DNA from: an uncultured Planctomycetaceae bacterium
GTDB taxonomy: Bacteria > Planctomycetota > Planctomycetia > Planctomycetales > Planctomycetaceae
NCBI GenBank assembly: GCA_963976765.1
Contig: CAXBME010000006.1
Span: forward strand, 186,001 to 250,000
DNA length: 64,000 bases
Reading direction: 5' to 3'
Part shown: positions 47,245 through 56,843 of the stretch, piece by piece
Position numbering within the stretch: the stretch's first letter is position 1
Layout of the letters: every line of letters begins with the position of its first letter
Position numbers and translations under genes: made by a program
Notes under the pieces: generated by a model
The model's database searches: none
Seen by the model: the letters and a program-made list of their open reading frames with translations, nothing else
Told to the model about the DNA's origin: nothing

Positions 47245-48942
47245 ATGCAGATTTCAGGTCGAATTCGAGCTTCAGCCGGTACTCTTGCTCGTGTGCGGCT
47301 GCGCTGGCAGCTTGCTCGGTTCATGGCCGCAACGCAGAACTGCCAGAAAACTCAGAAAGAAACCCTTGCTTCTTTACTGGAGCTCAATGGGCAATCGGAT
47401 CTTGCTGTCCAGAACGGGCTCCGAAACGCGACCTCGCCGGAAGATCTCGATAAAGCCGTTCCAGTGACGGACTACAGCTTCTACCGGGATGCTATCGAAC
47501 GAGCCAAACGCGGCGAGACTCAAGCTCTGCTGGGACCGAAGAATCGGTTGATGATGTTCACGCTGAGCAGCGGGACAACATCCGAATCCAAATTCATCCC
47601 CGTCACAAACCGCTTTTACCGGGACTATCGGCGAAGCTGGCAGCTTTGGGGCATCTCGGCTTTCGACTCAAGACCGAAGATGAAGGCTTTGAAGATCGTT
47701 CAGCTTTCGAGCGATTATCAGAGATTCACCAGCGAAGGTGGAACGCCTTGCGGAAACATTTCCGGTCTGGCAGCTGCCATGCAGAAGCCTGCCGTAAAGC
47801 TGCTTTACACACTGCCGTCGATCCTGGCGAAAATTGATAATCCGGTCGATAAGTATTACACCGCGCTGCGTCTGGCAATTGCCGACCCGTATGTTGGAAT
47901 GCTGACCACGGCCAACCCCAGCACGCTGGTCCACATGGCTCAGATGGCGAATGGCGTTAAAGAAGACCTCATTCGAGACATTCACGACGGAACGTTGTCC
48001 GTTGCAGAGAAACTGTCAGCGAACGTTCGCCACACCATTGCTCGACGAATATCGAAAGCCGATATTCATCGAGCGCAGACACTGGAAAAAATGGTCGAGC
48101 AGGCCGACAGCCTGTTGCCGAAAGACTACTGGCCCGACCTTCAGCTTGCCGCAATCTGGACCGGCGGAAGCTGTGCAGCCTACCTGCCAACGTTGTACGA
48201 ATACTACGGCGACGTGACGGTCCGCGATCATGGGCTGTCGGCCAGCGAAGGGCGTATGACGATCCCGTTTCAGGATACGTCGCCGGACGGCGTGCTCGAC
48301 ATTACGTCGCATTATTATGAGTTCATTCCGGAAGCCGAGTACGGCGGCAACAACCCCACAATCCTGAAAGCTCACGAGCTGGAAGTTGATCAAAACTACT
48401 TCATTCTGCTGACGACCGCTTCGGGTTTTTATCGCTACGACATTTGCGACGTCGTCCGCTGCGTCGGTCATCAACACACAACGCCGATTCTTCGTTTCCT
48501 CCACAAAGGAGCCCATATTTCAAGCATCACGGGCGAGAAGCTTTCAGAGTCGCAAGTCGTCGAGGCAGTTCGGGCGACACTCTCTGAGTTCGACCATCGA
48601 GTCGGCTGCTTCACGATGATTCCTTCCTGGGGCGAGCCTCCTCGCTACCAGTTGATGCTTGAAGACTGGGAAGTCCCTCCGAACGGAAGCTCGCAGCAGT
48701 TTGAAATTCGTCTCGACGAACGACTCGGCGAACTTAACTGTGAGTACCGTGAAAAACGGACCACCGCTCGACTGGCGCCACTCGAGATCCTGCCACTTCG
48801 TCGTGGAAGCTGGGGCGAATTCGCTCGTGATCGTCAGGCAAAACTCGGCGGCAGCATCGAGCAGTACAAACACCCGTGCCTGCTACCAAACCTTGAGCAG
48901 GCTTCGAAAGTTGCCAGCCGCTTCCAGGTCAGCGGAAACTGA
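47245..48942 (+). CDS. GH3 family (acyl acid-amido synthetase-like) protein
   Basis: LSSGTTSESKFIP, GLSASEG, YYEFIP, GFYRYDICD, GEKL, NCEY, QYKHP. Confidence 0.9.
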   Translation: MQISGRIRASAGTLARVRLRWQLARFMAATQNCQKTQKETLASLLELNGQSDLAVQNGLRNATSPEDLDKAVPVTDYSFYRDAIERAKRGETQALLGPKNRLMMFTLSSGTTSESKFIPVTNRFYRDYRRSWQLWGISAFDSRPKMKALKIVQLSSDYQRFTSEGGTPCGNISGLAAAMQKPAVKLLYTLPSILAKIDNPVDKYYTALRLAIADPYVGMLTTANPSTLVHMAQMANGVKEDLIRDIHDGTLSVAEKLSANVRHTIARRISKADIHRAQTLEKMVEQADSLLPKDYWPDLQLAAIWTGGSCAAYLPTLYEYYGDVTVRDHGLSASEGRMTIPFQDTSPDGVLDITSHYYEFIPEAEYGGNNPTILKAHELEVDQNYFILLTTASGFYRYDICDVVRCVGHQHTTPILRFLHKGAHISSITGEKLSESQVVEAVRATLSEFDHRVGCFTMIPSWGEPPRYQLMLEDWEVPPNGSSQQFEIRLDERLGELNCEYREKRTTARLAPLEILPLRRGSWGEFARDRQAKLGGSIEQYKHPCLLPNLEQASKVASRFQVSGN

Positions 48943-48969
48943 GCCGCTGACCGCATAATCGTCGACCGG

Positions 48970-51900
48970 TCAGCCACGCAGCATCGTCAGCAGATCTTCA
49001 ACGGAAAGTCGACTGCTACCGTCCGTGCCTTCCAGCAGGCTGTCGGCGAGGTCGCGTTTACTGCGGTGCAGTTCAAGGATCTGTTCTTCGATCGTGCCGC
49101 GAGTGATAAGCCGGTAAATCGTCACGGGACGTTGCTGTCCAATTCGGTGAGCACGGTCGGCTGCCTGATCTTCGACGGCGGGATTCCACCACGGATCCAT
49201 GTGGATGACATAGTCGGCAGCCGTCAGATTCAGCCCCGTACCGCCCGCTTTCAGGCTGATCAGGAAGACATCACCGTCGCCCGACTGAAACGCGTTGACT
49301 CGCTGCTGCCGTTTCTTCACAGGAGTGCTGCCATCGAGGTACTGGTACGAGATCCCTCGTTTTTCCAGGTCTTCACGAAGGATTGAGAGATGATCAACGA
49401 ACTGACTGAAGACGAGCACCTTGTGATTTCCGGCCAACAGTTCGTCGATTGTTTCGCCGAACAGTTTAAGCTTCGAACTCGACAGCCCCGACTCCGGCAG
49501 CACGAGTTTCGGGTGACAGCACGCTCGCCGCAGCCGCATGATTTCGGCAAGGACTGCCAGGTGGGCAGGAGTTTGCTCGTCGGAGCCGGACAGTTCGCCA
49601 AGTTTCTCAACGGCTCGCTTTCGCACCGCTTCGTAGAACGCAGCTTCTTCTTTTGTCAGCTCAACGGACAACGTGATTTCGGTTCGCGACGGGAGTTCTT
49701 CCAGAACTTTCGACTTCGCTCGCCGCAGGATGAACGGCTGCACGAGTTTTTTCAGACGCTGCTTCGCCCCCTTATCCTTGTTCCGCTCGATCGGCCCGGC
49801 AAACTTCGTCTGAAACAGCTTCTCTGAACCCAGCAGGCCGGGGTTAATAAAGCGGAACAGGTTCCATAATTCTCCGAGGTGATTTTCGACCGGCGTCCCC
49901 GTCATGATGACTCGAAAATCCGCCGACAACGACATCGCGGCCTGTGACCGTCTGGTGGCTCCGTTTTTGATCGCCTGAGCTTCGTCGAGCACTGCGGTGT
50001 GCCAGTCAATTTTTTCGAAACGTTCAGCCTCGTTGTGCAGCAGCCCGTAGCTCGTGATCACGACGTCGCGTGGCCCCAGATCTTTGAGCAACATGGAACG
50101 GTCGCCGCTTCCGAAAAGTCGAACGTTCAGCGTTGGCGCGAAGCGAGCGGCCTCGTCGACCCAGTTAAACGTGACCGACGTTGGCGCCACGACCAGCGCC
50201 GGGCCGCCTTCGGAACGGGCGAGCAACAGAGCCAGTGCCTGGATCGTTTTCCCGAGCCCCATGTCGTCGGCCAGACACGCGCCAGCACCCCAGTGAGCAA
50301 GCCTCGACAGCCAGCGAAAGCCTTCGACCTGGTAGTCTCGTAGTTCAGTCTGCAGCGTCGACGGAACATCCGGGCAAACTTCGGCGGCCTCACGAATTCG
50401 AGTGAGGCACTCCTTCCAGTGTTTGTCAGCGGTCACTTTCAGGCTGTCGCTGATTTCCTCGATCGCTCCCGAACGCACCGCCGGAAATCGCATCTTGTTC
50501 TTCAGCCGGTCGCCGAAAGCTCCGAGTTCTTCCACACGGCGGCGCAACTGCTCGGTCAACGCGAGGAAGCGGCCATCGTCCAGCTGCACGAATCGGGACG
50601 AACTGTTTTCGACCAGCTCGATCAACCGCATCATGTCGAGCGACAGATCTTTGTCGACAACCAGCTTCCCGGAGGCGGCGAACCAGTCGCGATCTTTTTT
50701 AATACGAACCTGCATCTGCGAGTCCGACGCCTGGCCAGCGACTTCGAAACTGCGCCCCTGCGGCCATTGCAGCACGACCTGTTTCTGCTCGACGAGCGGC
50801 TGCAACTGGGTCGCCAGTTCCAACGCCTCAAGCACGGTCGGGAAGTAAAACTCGTGCGAGCTTTCGATCCCGGCGACTTCGTCCTGCTCATTCAAAACGG
50901 GACAGGCACCGACGACTGCATTTCGCCGGTTGATTTCTTCGTCGAAACGTCTTTTCGCTGCTGTCGGGCGGGCAGCGATGTCAGCGAAAACGGTTTCGCC
51001 GCCTTCGCCCGGTCGAACAAACGGGCCGACCTCGCCGAATGGTCGGACATGAAATTCAGCTCGAACACCGTCCTGAAACGGCAGCAACTGAATGTGCGGT
51101 GTTGGATCAGCTTCGAGTGTTTCCGCCGAGTCGACGCCTCCAACTTCGGAATGAACCGGCATCAGCGATGCCAGTGGCTGCACGACGCCAATGACTCGGT
51201 CGAGTGCGGTTTCGGGGATCTCCAGCCGCTTGCCAATGATCTCCTGAAGCTGACGCTGCCGATCGCTGAACATCAGCAACGTCAGCCGGTGCGGACCGTC
51301 TTTGATGATCTGAAACTCTGCGTCCCTGGGCGGCTGGTGGTCGAACCGCAGCGTCACCCGCTGACTGGATTCGTCTTTCTGAACGATCAACCGAGGCTCC
51401 TGGCGAACAAGCTCCACGGGGGTCGTGCGATCGTCACTCAGGAAAAGCAGCGGATGACCAACGAGACGTTGCACCGCCTTCGTCGGCAGGATGTAAGCCA
51501 CTTCTCGATAACGTCTCCACCCGCCTCCGTATTGAATATCCTCTTTGATCATCCGGCAGATTTCGCGATCCACGTCCGTCAGATAATCAAACTCGTCCTG
51601 ATCCCAGTCCGAGTACAGCCGCTTCAGCGCAACGACTCGCCCTTTTAACCAGCCGCCCTTTTTCGACGCTTTCTGAACGATCGGCTGAAGCGCGAAGTCG
51701 GTTCCGTCAGCGAAGAGTTCGATCGACCAGATCAGCCGCTCGGTGGTGACCGGCGAAACAGAGCCTTCAATCCCGCCGCCGCTCGAACCAGCCAGCGATT
51801 CGAGCGCCGAAAGCGAACGTTCCCAGGGTTCCAGCGGCTTGACCAGTTCCAGCAGGCTGACCGCTTTACTGTGGATGTCTTTCGAAACCTTTCCTCCCGC

Positions 51901-53088
51901 GAGTCTCGAAAACTCATCGGCCATCCAGTCCAGACCAAACGAGCGATAATTATTTGCCAGCTCTTTGCAGGCTGCCGTCGAAACGGGGCTCTTGCTGGTC
52001 GGACTGGTCCAACGCCACAACCAGCACCTGATCAGCGAAACCAGGGGAGCATCGCAGCTCGCCCAGCCTGAAAAGTTTTCCTTTGGATCGGCGAGACACT
52101 CAGCAGCGTTTTCCAACAGATCGACGGCACAGCTGAAGTGCGGCAACCATTGAGAATCAGCAGCGGCCAGTAGCTCCTTCGCTCGACGTCTGCCTGCGGG
52201 AGTCTGCTTTGCAAATTGCAGCACCACATGAAAGACGCCGGGGAAACCGCCGAGTGCAATCTTCCGCTTTCGCGTGCTTTTCTTCTGTGCCTGGACGCTT
52301 TCCTCGAACAATGCGTCGGCATCGTCGAAGTTCCCCTTCAGCATCTCGATACAACCGCGAATTTCCGGATGCCTGTTCCCGGTTACGTCGTCGATGACGG
52401 CCAGCTCGGCGAAGTCTCCGTGAGCAACGCAAAGGTCGATCCACGCGCCTCGCAACTCCGACGTCAGGTTCTTCCTTGCTGCGGCAAATGGAGCCAGAAT
52501 TTCGAGCACCGCTTCCGAACCTCGCCCGGTCTGCACAATGCTGCGAGCGTTCACCAGGAGCCAGAGATCCTGAAACACGATATGCAGATTCGCGAACAGT
52601 TCGGCGTCGTAGGGGTCGAGGAATGTCGGGTAGGAGTCTGCGTGTTCGGCCAGACGAGTGAACGTCGGCACATCGTTCCGGTAAAACGCAATCCGCATAT
52701 CTCTCGCGACAAGATCCTGCGAGTTTGGCATCCAATAGTAGCTTGAAGGCGACGGCTGAAGTTTCTGAACGGCGGATGCAATGGGTTCAAAAGTCTTTTC
52801 ATACAACGCATCGTGGACGGCGATTCCAACGAACTCCGCTGCCGGCTGAAATCCTCGGCCAGACGAAACCTTCAGCACGTCGGCGGCCTGAAGTTCGCGA
52901 AACGCCAGATCGGCTCCGCCGACGGTTAGCGATCGGCCAGACCCTGGTCGCCAGTTCGAGGCGTTCGACATTTTCACAAGCGTCGATTTGCCAGTCGGCT
53001 GCAGACTTATCGCGGCGACCTGTGCCAGATGTCGAGCTGTTGGAGAGAGGTTTGAATAGCTCCTGGAAAGTTGTGTGGCCGCCGGCAT
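48970..53088 (-). CDS. SNF2-family (SF2) helicase/ATPase
   Basis: LRDYQ, LADDMGLGKT, DEAQAIKN, TGTPVEN, LKAGGTGLNL, DPWWNPA, QAADRAHRIGQ. Confidence 0.95.
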   Translation of the reverse strand: MPAATQLSRSYSNLSPTARHLAQVAAISLQPTGKSTLVKMSNASNWRPGSGRSLTVGGADLAFRELQAADVLKVSSGRGFQPAAEFVGIAVHDALYEKTFEPIASAVQKLQPSPSSYYWMPNSQDLVARDMRIAFYRNDVPTFTRLAEHADSYPTFLDPYDAELFANLHIVFQDLWLLVNARSIVQTGRGSEAVLEILAPFAAARKNLTSELRGAWIDLCVAHGDFAELAVIDDVTGNRHPEIRGCIEMLKGNFDDADALFEESVQAQKKSTRKRKIALGGFPGVFHVVLQFAKQTPAGRRRAKELLAAADSQWLPHFSCAVDLLENAAECLADPKENFSGWASCDAPLVSLIRCWLWRWTSPTSKSPVSTAACKELANNYRSFGLDWMADEFSRLAGGKVSKDIHSKAVSLLELVKPLEPWERSLSALESLAGSSGGGIEGSVSPVTTERLIWSIELFADGTDFALQPIVQKASKKGGWLKGRVVALKRLYSDWDQDEFDYLTDVDREICRMIKEDIQYGGGWRRYREVAYILPTKAVQRLVGHPLLFLSDDRTTPVELVRQEPRLIVQKDESSQRVTLRFDHQPPRDAEFQIIKDGPHRLTLLMFSDRQRQLQEIIGKRLEIPETALDRVIGVVQPLASLMPVHSEVGGVDSAETLEADPTPHIQLLPFQDGVRAEFHVRPFGEVGPFVRPGEGGETVFADIAARPTAAKRRFDEEINRRNAVVGACPVLNEQDEVAGIESSHEFYFPTVLEALELATQLQPLVEQKQVVLQWPQGRSFEVAGQASDSQMQVRIKKDRDWFAASGKLVVDKDLSLDMMRLIELVENSSSRFVQLDDGRFLALTEQLRRRVEELGAFGDRLKNKMRFPAVRSGAIEEISDSLKVTADKHWKECLTRIREAAEVCPDVPSTLQTELRDYQVEGFRWLSRLAHWGAGACLADDMGLGKTIQALALLLARSEGGPALVVAPTSVTFNWVDEAARFAPTLNVRLFGSGDRSMLLKDLGPRDVVITSYGLLHNEAERFEKIDWHTAVLDEAQAIKNGATRRSQAAMSLSADFRVIMTGTPVENHLGELWNLFRFINPGLLGSEKLFQTKFAGPIERNKDKGAKQRLKKLVQPFILRRAKSKVLEELPSRTEITLSVELTKEEAAFYEAVRKRAVEKLGELSGSDEQTPAHLAVLAEIMRLRRACCHPKLVLPESGLSSSKLKLFGETIDELLAGNHKVLVFSQFVDHLSILREDLEKRGISYQYLDGSTPVKKRQQRVNAFQSGDGDVFLISLKAGGTGLNLTAADYVIHMDPWWNPAVEDQAADRAHRIGQQRPVTIYRLITRGTIEEQILELHRSKRDLADSLLEGTDGSSRLSVEDLLTMLRG

Positions 53089-53244
53089 GAGGAGTCTTCC
53101 TGACAAGTTGTTGGCCGTTCTGATTGGTTGGCTGCAGACTGAATCGAGCAACGGCGGATGGTGCAGAAGACACGCCGATTCCTCAAGCATCACCGCAGCG
53201 TTTCTGGTGATCGATTATCAGAACAGTCAACGAGCCAGCTGTTG

Positions 53245-54765
53245 CTACGGAAGACTGTGAGGCGTCAACGACCTGCTCCCCCGAAATCCGCCTGAGACTG
53301 ATTGCTGCTGCGTGGTCAGGTCGACGGAATAGTTCGATTGGTCGGCAAGGATCTCGATCGCTGCATCCGTCGTGTTGAGGTGCCGGTAGCGGTCCGGCAT
53401 AGTTGGTTTTGACGTTAAGGTTTCAGGGTCGTCAGTTGTCGGTCGATTTCCGTTGACTTCTGAGAGGGGGCGAACTGTCACCAGATACAATCCCGGTTTC
53501 AACTCGCCGTCGAGTGTCACGACTCGGAAGTCTCCATCTTCGTCCGTCACACCCATCGCCGAATCACCAGTCTGAGCTCCGGTCAGTTGGACCAGGAAGT
53601 TCGCGACCGGCTGGCCATCGAGTGTGACTACGCCGCGCATCGCGGTTTGCGACCACGACTTCAACCAGCCGAATGCCACAACGCCGACAACAAGAATAAC
53701 CACACCCCACTTCGCGGCTCGGCGAGGGTCAACGCTCTCGATCATGCGAGCCGCTCCGGACACAAAATAGTACGGAGCAAACAGCAGCCACATGATTCCA
53801 GCGGCGGACTTCTGGTTCGTTGGTTCGGCAATCGAATCCGTCTGGCTATTCGCAGGAGCAACCGCCGAACAGTGAAACCCAACCGCCGCAGCCGTCGACC
53901 ACGTCTCGGCGTCTTCCAGCCGAACTGCCGCGTCCGCAAACAACGAGCCTTGATCCGCTAACTCCTGAATCGCCTGGCGCGGCAACGGACCAACCTCTTC
54001 TCCACCTCGCATGATGAAGAACTGAGGCGCGAGCGGTCCTGCGAGATCAGCGGCTGCTTCCCGTTCATTCGGCGAATCGTCTTCCCGATCAGCCCGCTCC
54101 TGAGGTGTCGATCTGGAAGCTGCCTCTGACGAGTCTGACTTTGAACGAACCCGACGTTGCCGCGGCACGAAATCAACGGATTCAGTCGAGACGTCATCGC
54201 ACAGCAAGCCATCGCCGCCGGACCGGGGAAGGATGTCGCGAAGCAACTGCCACGTGGTTTCACATTCCTTCTGAACTTCGTCGTCGAGCCTGACTTCGCC
54301 GCGACCCACCATCGTTTGAAGCTCATCCCAGTCCAGCGGGCCGAGGTTCATCCCGCTCATACAAACCATCCAGCGACTCAGATGCGGCGTGACAGGCTTC
54401 TGCCGCACTTGCAGGTTGGCACGTTCAGACTCAGGCATGGCAGCATCGACATCGTCTGTTCTATCAGACAGGCGAAAGCGGAGCACGGCGATGCCCAGTT
54501 CGTCGCCAGCAGAAAGAGTTGCTTCACGAACCGTCTCGCCGTTTACGGTCACGCCGCCATCAGCCAGTGCGACAACACGAACGCCTTGATCAACAAGCGT
54601 CAGCTCGCAATGCACGTCAGCGATGTCTTGCCCTGTCAGGCAGATGTCGGACTTCCACTCGGAACTGCCAACAAAGATGGATTCCCGATCGAGCGGGAAC
54701 CGTTGCGAGCGATCAGTCGATTCCAGAACCATCACCATGCTGCGCACCGATTCGCGATCTTTCAA
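53245..54765 (-). CDS. FHA-like + two GYF_2-like domains + TM + carboxypeptidase-regulatory-like domain protein
   Basis: FHA-like VHCEL..GVTVNG..LSAGDEL; GPLDWDEL and GPLPRQAI; TM; GVVTLDGQP..TDEDGDF..PGLYLVTV..MPDRY. Confidence 0.8.
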   Translation of the reverse strand: MKDRESVRSMVMVLESTDRSQRFPLDRESIFVGSSEWKSDICLTGQDIADVHCELTLVDQGVRVVALADGGVTVNGETVREATLSAGDELGIAVLRFRLSDRTDDVDAAMPESERANLQVRQKPVTPHLSRWMVCMSGMNLGPLDWDELQTMVGRGEVRLDDEVQKECETTWQLLRDILPRSGGDGLLCDDVSTESVDFVPRQRRVRSKSDSSEAASRSTPQERADREDDSPNEREAAADLAGPLAPQFFIMRGGEEVGPLPRQAIQELADQGSLFADAAVRLEDAETWSTAAAVGFHCSAVAPANSQTDSIAEPTNQKSAAGIMWLLFAPYYFVSGAARMIESVDPRRAAKWGVVILVVGVVAFGWLKSWSQTAMRGVVTLDGQPVANFLVQLTGAQTGDSAMGVTDEDGDFRVVTLDGELKPGLYLVTVRPLSEVNGNRPTTDDPETLTSKPTMPDRYRHLNTTDAAIEILADQSNYSVDLTTQQQSVSGGFRGSRSLTPHSLP

Positions 54766-54779
54766 ATTGGCTCAGGAGA

Positions 54780-55859
54780 CTATTCGAAAGACACGCCTTT
54801 CAATACGGCCCCGTCGTGACGATCGCTGACGGCCATCAGCACCCCAAAGTCAAGATTCTCACTCAAAAATCGCACGCCACCATCAGCAAACAAAACGTTC
54901 GCTCCGCCCGGATGTGCCGACATGATCGGCGTGTGAGCCCCTCCCGAAACAACGGTCGTGTCGCCGATCGCCGGTGCCGACCCGTTGAGATTGATGCCGT
55001 ATCTCACCGTCGTGATGTTGTAGACGTTGTGGCACGAATTCGTCGGCCCGCCCGCGGTAAGGCCTGACGGATGGTTTGTGCCGGCCCACACACTGCCGTA
55101 GTACGAACTGCGAATTGCCTCATCCGTGACCAGTTCGACGACTGGTTGTCCGCTGCTGACATCGATCGTCGGATATTGAGCTGACGACTGCTCGGCCACC
55201 AGTAGCGTGTTTGTCGTTCCGTCCGAGATGTCTCGAAAGCTGATTGATTCGTTTTCGATCAGCAGGCCGTTGCGTCCAAGAATCGCATCGCTGTTATTTC
55301 CGCAGGTTCCGACGACTTCCGCGTCTGGATTGACCGTCGTCCCGCGAAACGCAGCGCCGGAGATTCCCACATAAGTCGTCGTCATCAGGTTGTAAGCCTG
55401 ACCGCTCGAAGCCGGCACGTACTCGGACATCGAAGCCGACGGGCACCAGAAAACCGGAACGTAAAGATCGTCCAGAATCGGTCCGTTCGGATTGCCGGAG
55501 TAGTTTGCCGCAGCGATTCCACCCGGTACTTCATGGATCAGACGTTTGTAGGCGTTCCCCTGATCAACCCACGGGAGGATCGCGACGAAGAACGAGCTGC
55601 CTCGAATGGCCGGCGTCGAGTTGTTGTCATCCGGAGTCGGCGCAAAAGCCGCACCGATGGGAAACGATCCGTAGGAATCGTGGTACTCGTGCAGTGCCAG
55701 GCCGACCTGCTTCAGCCGGTTCCTGCACTGAGTTCTTCTGGCCGCTTCCCGAGCGTTCTGGACGGCAGGCAACAGCAGCGATGCCAGCACAGAAATGATC
55801 GCGATGACGACCAGCAACTCGATCAGCGTGAATCCTCGTCGTTCTCGAGCGGCCCTCAT
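54780..55859 (-). CDS. DUF1559 prepilin-like protein with H-X9-DG C-terminal motif
   Basis: GFTLIELLVVIAII, AREAARRTQC.N.LKQ.GLALH.Y, DGTTNT, HPGGANVLFADG. Confidence 0.95.
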   Translation of the reverse strand: MRAARERRGFTLIELLVVIAIISVLASLLLPAVQNAREAARRTQCRNRLKQVGLALHEYHDSYGSFPIGAAFAPTPDDNNSTPAIRGSSFFVAILPWVDQGNAYKRLIHEVPGGIAAANYSGNPNGPILDDLYVPVFWCPSASMSEYVPASSGQAYNLMTTTYVGISGAAFRGTTVNPDAEVVGTCGNNSDAILGRNGLLIENESISFRDISDGTTNTLLVAEQSSAQYPTIDVSSGQPVVELVTDEAIRSSYYGSVWAGTNHPSGLTAGGPTNSCHNVYNITTVRYGINLNGSAPAIGDTTVVSGGAHTPIMSAHPGGANVLFADGGVRFLSENLDFGVLMAVSDRHDGAVLKGVSFE

Positions 55860-56096
55860 TCTGCGATCTCCTGGCAATTCGTCTTTCTGAAAGAGCGAAA
55901 GGCCGCCAGCAGCAACTGGTTGCCCGTAAAGTATCAAGAGAAGCCGGTTGCACACGCATTGCTCGGTCAGCGCAACCAGTTGCCACCCGAATCTGTTGAA
56001 ACGCAAACACGTTTCGATGATCAACAAACGATTCGAGCTATTTGACATTTCACGAAAGCCTGAACACGATCGGACAGGCCTGCGGGCGATTTCGCG

Positions 56097-56657
56097 CTAC
56101 TCGTCTTCTTTCGGGGGCTCGATTCCGAAGTCCAGAATCGACAACAGCGATCGGAACGGCAGATTTCGTTCGGCGAAGTTAGCGGCTCCACCCTGCATTC
56201 GGTCGACGATTCCGACGACACAAACAACCTCGCAGCCGAAGTCCTGAATTCGCTGGCAGGCTTCGATCGAACTGCCTCCGGTGGTGACCACATCATCGAT
56301 CACAACGACTTTCATGCCAGGTTCAAGCGGACCTTCGATGTACTTCTGGGTGCCGTGCCCTTTGGCCTCTTTGCGAACCATGACGCCGATCAGCGCCTGA
56401 TCCCGCTCTGCGGCGACAGTCAGAACGCCTCCGATGATCGGGTCAGCTCCGATCGACATTCCGCCAATGGCATCGGCCTCGACGTCGCTCAGTAGATCCA
56501 GCAATCCTTCACTAACCAGTTTCAGACCTTTAGCGTGCAGAGTGATCTGCTTGCCGTCCATGTAGTAGGTCGACTTCTTGCCGGATGCGAGCGTGAAGTC
56601 ACCAAACTTCAGGGCTCGTTCCTTGAACAATTTAATGAGTGCTTCCCGGTCGAACAT
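56097..56657 (-). CDS. pyrE: Orotate phosphoribosyltransferase
   Basis: GDFTLASGKKSTYY, RKEAKGHG, VIDDVVTTGGS. Confidence 0.96.
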   Translation of the reverse strand: MFDREALIKLFKERALKFGDFTLASGKKSTYYMDGKQITLHAKGLKLVSEGLLDLLSDVEADAIGGMSIGADPIIGGVLTVAAERDQALIGVMVRKEAKGHGTQKYIEGPLEPGMKVVVIDDVVTTGGSSIEACQRIQDFGCEVVCVVGIVDRMQGGAANFAERNLPFRSLLSILDFGIEPPKEDE

Positions 56658-56843
56658 TCGTCGTTTCCTTCAAATAAGAGCTTTATCCCCACGCGGAGCC
56701 TCATACTGAAACGTTCGCACGCTGGCAACTCACTCAGATTTCATGCGTCAGCTCGCAAGTAAACCGACCGGCCTCCGCTGAATCTTCGATGCTGATACGA
56801 ATGCCACTCCAGGGAAGTAGCTGGTTGTTCAACGGCCTGCGGG

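Noticed and set aside
50419..51648. Long antisense ORFs here and at 56952-58076, 33092-34015, 7376-8260 and 35495-36391
   Set aside because: Shadow ORFs opposite well-supported genes, expected from the codon bias; no recognisable motifs.
47245..53088. Anti-phage defence system built around the SNF2 helicase
   Set aside because: No adjacent nuclease, methylase or other defence genes; the neighbours are housekeeping or lineage-typical.
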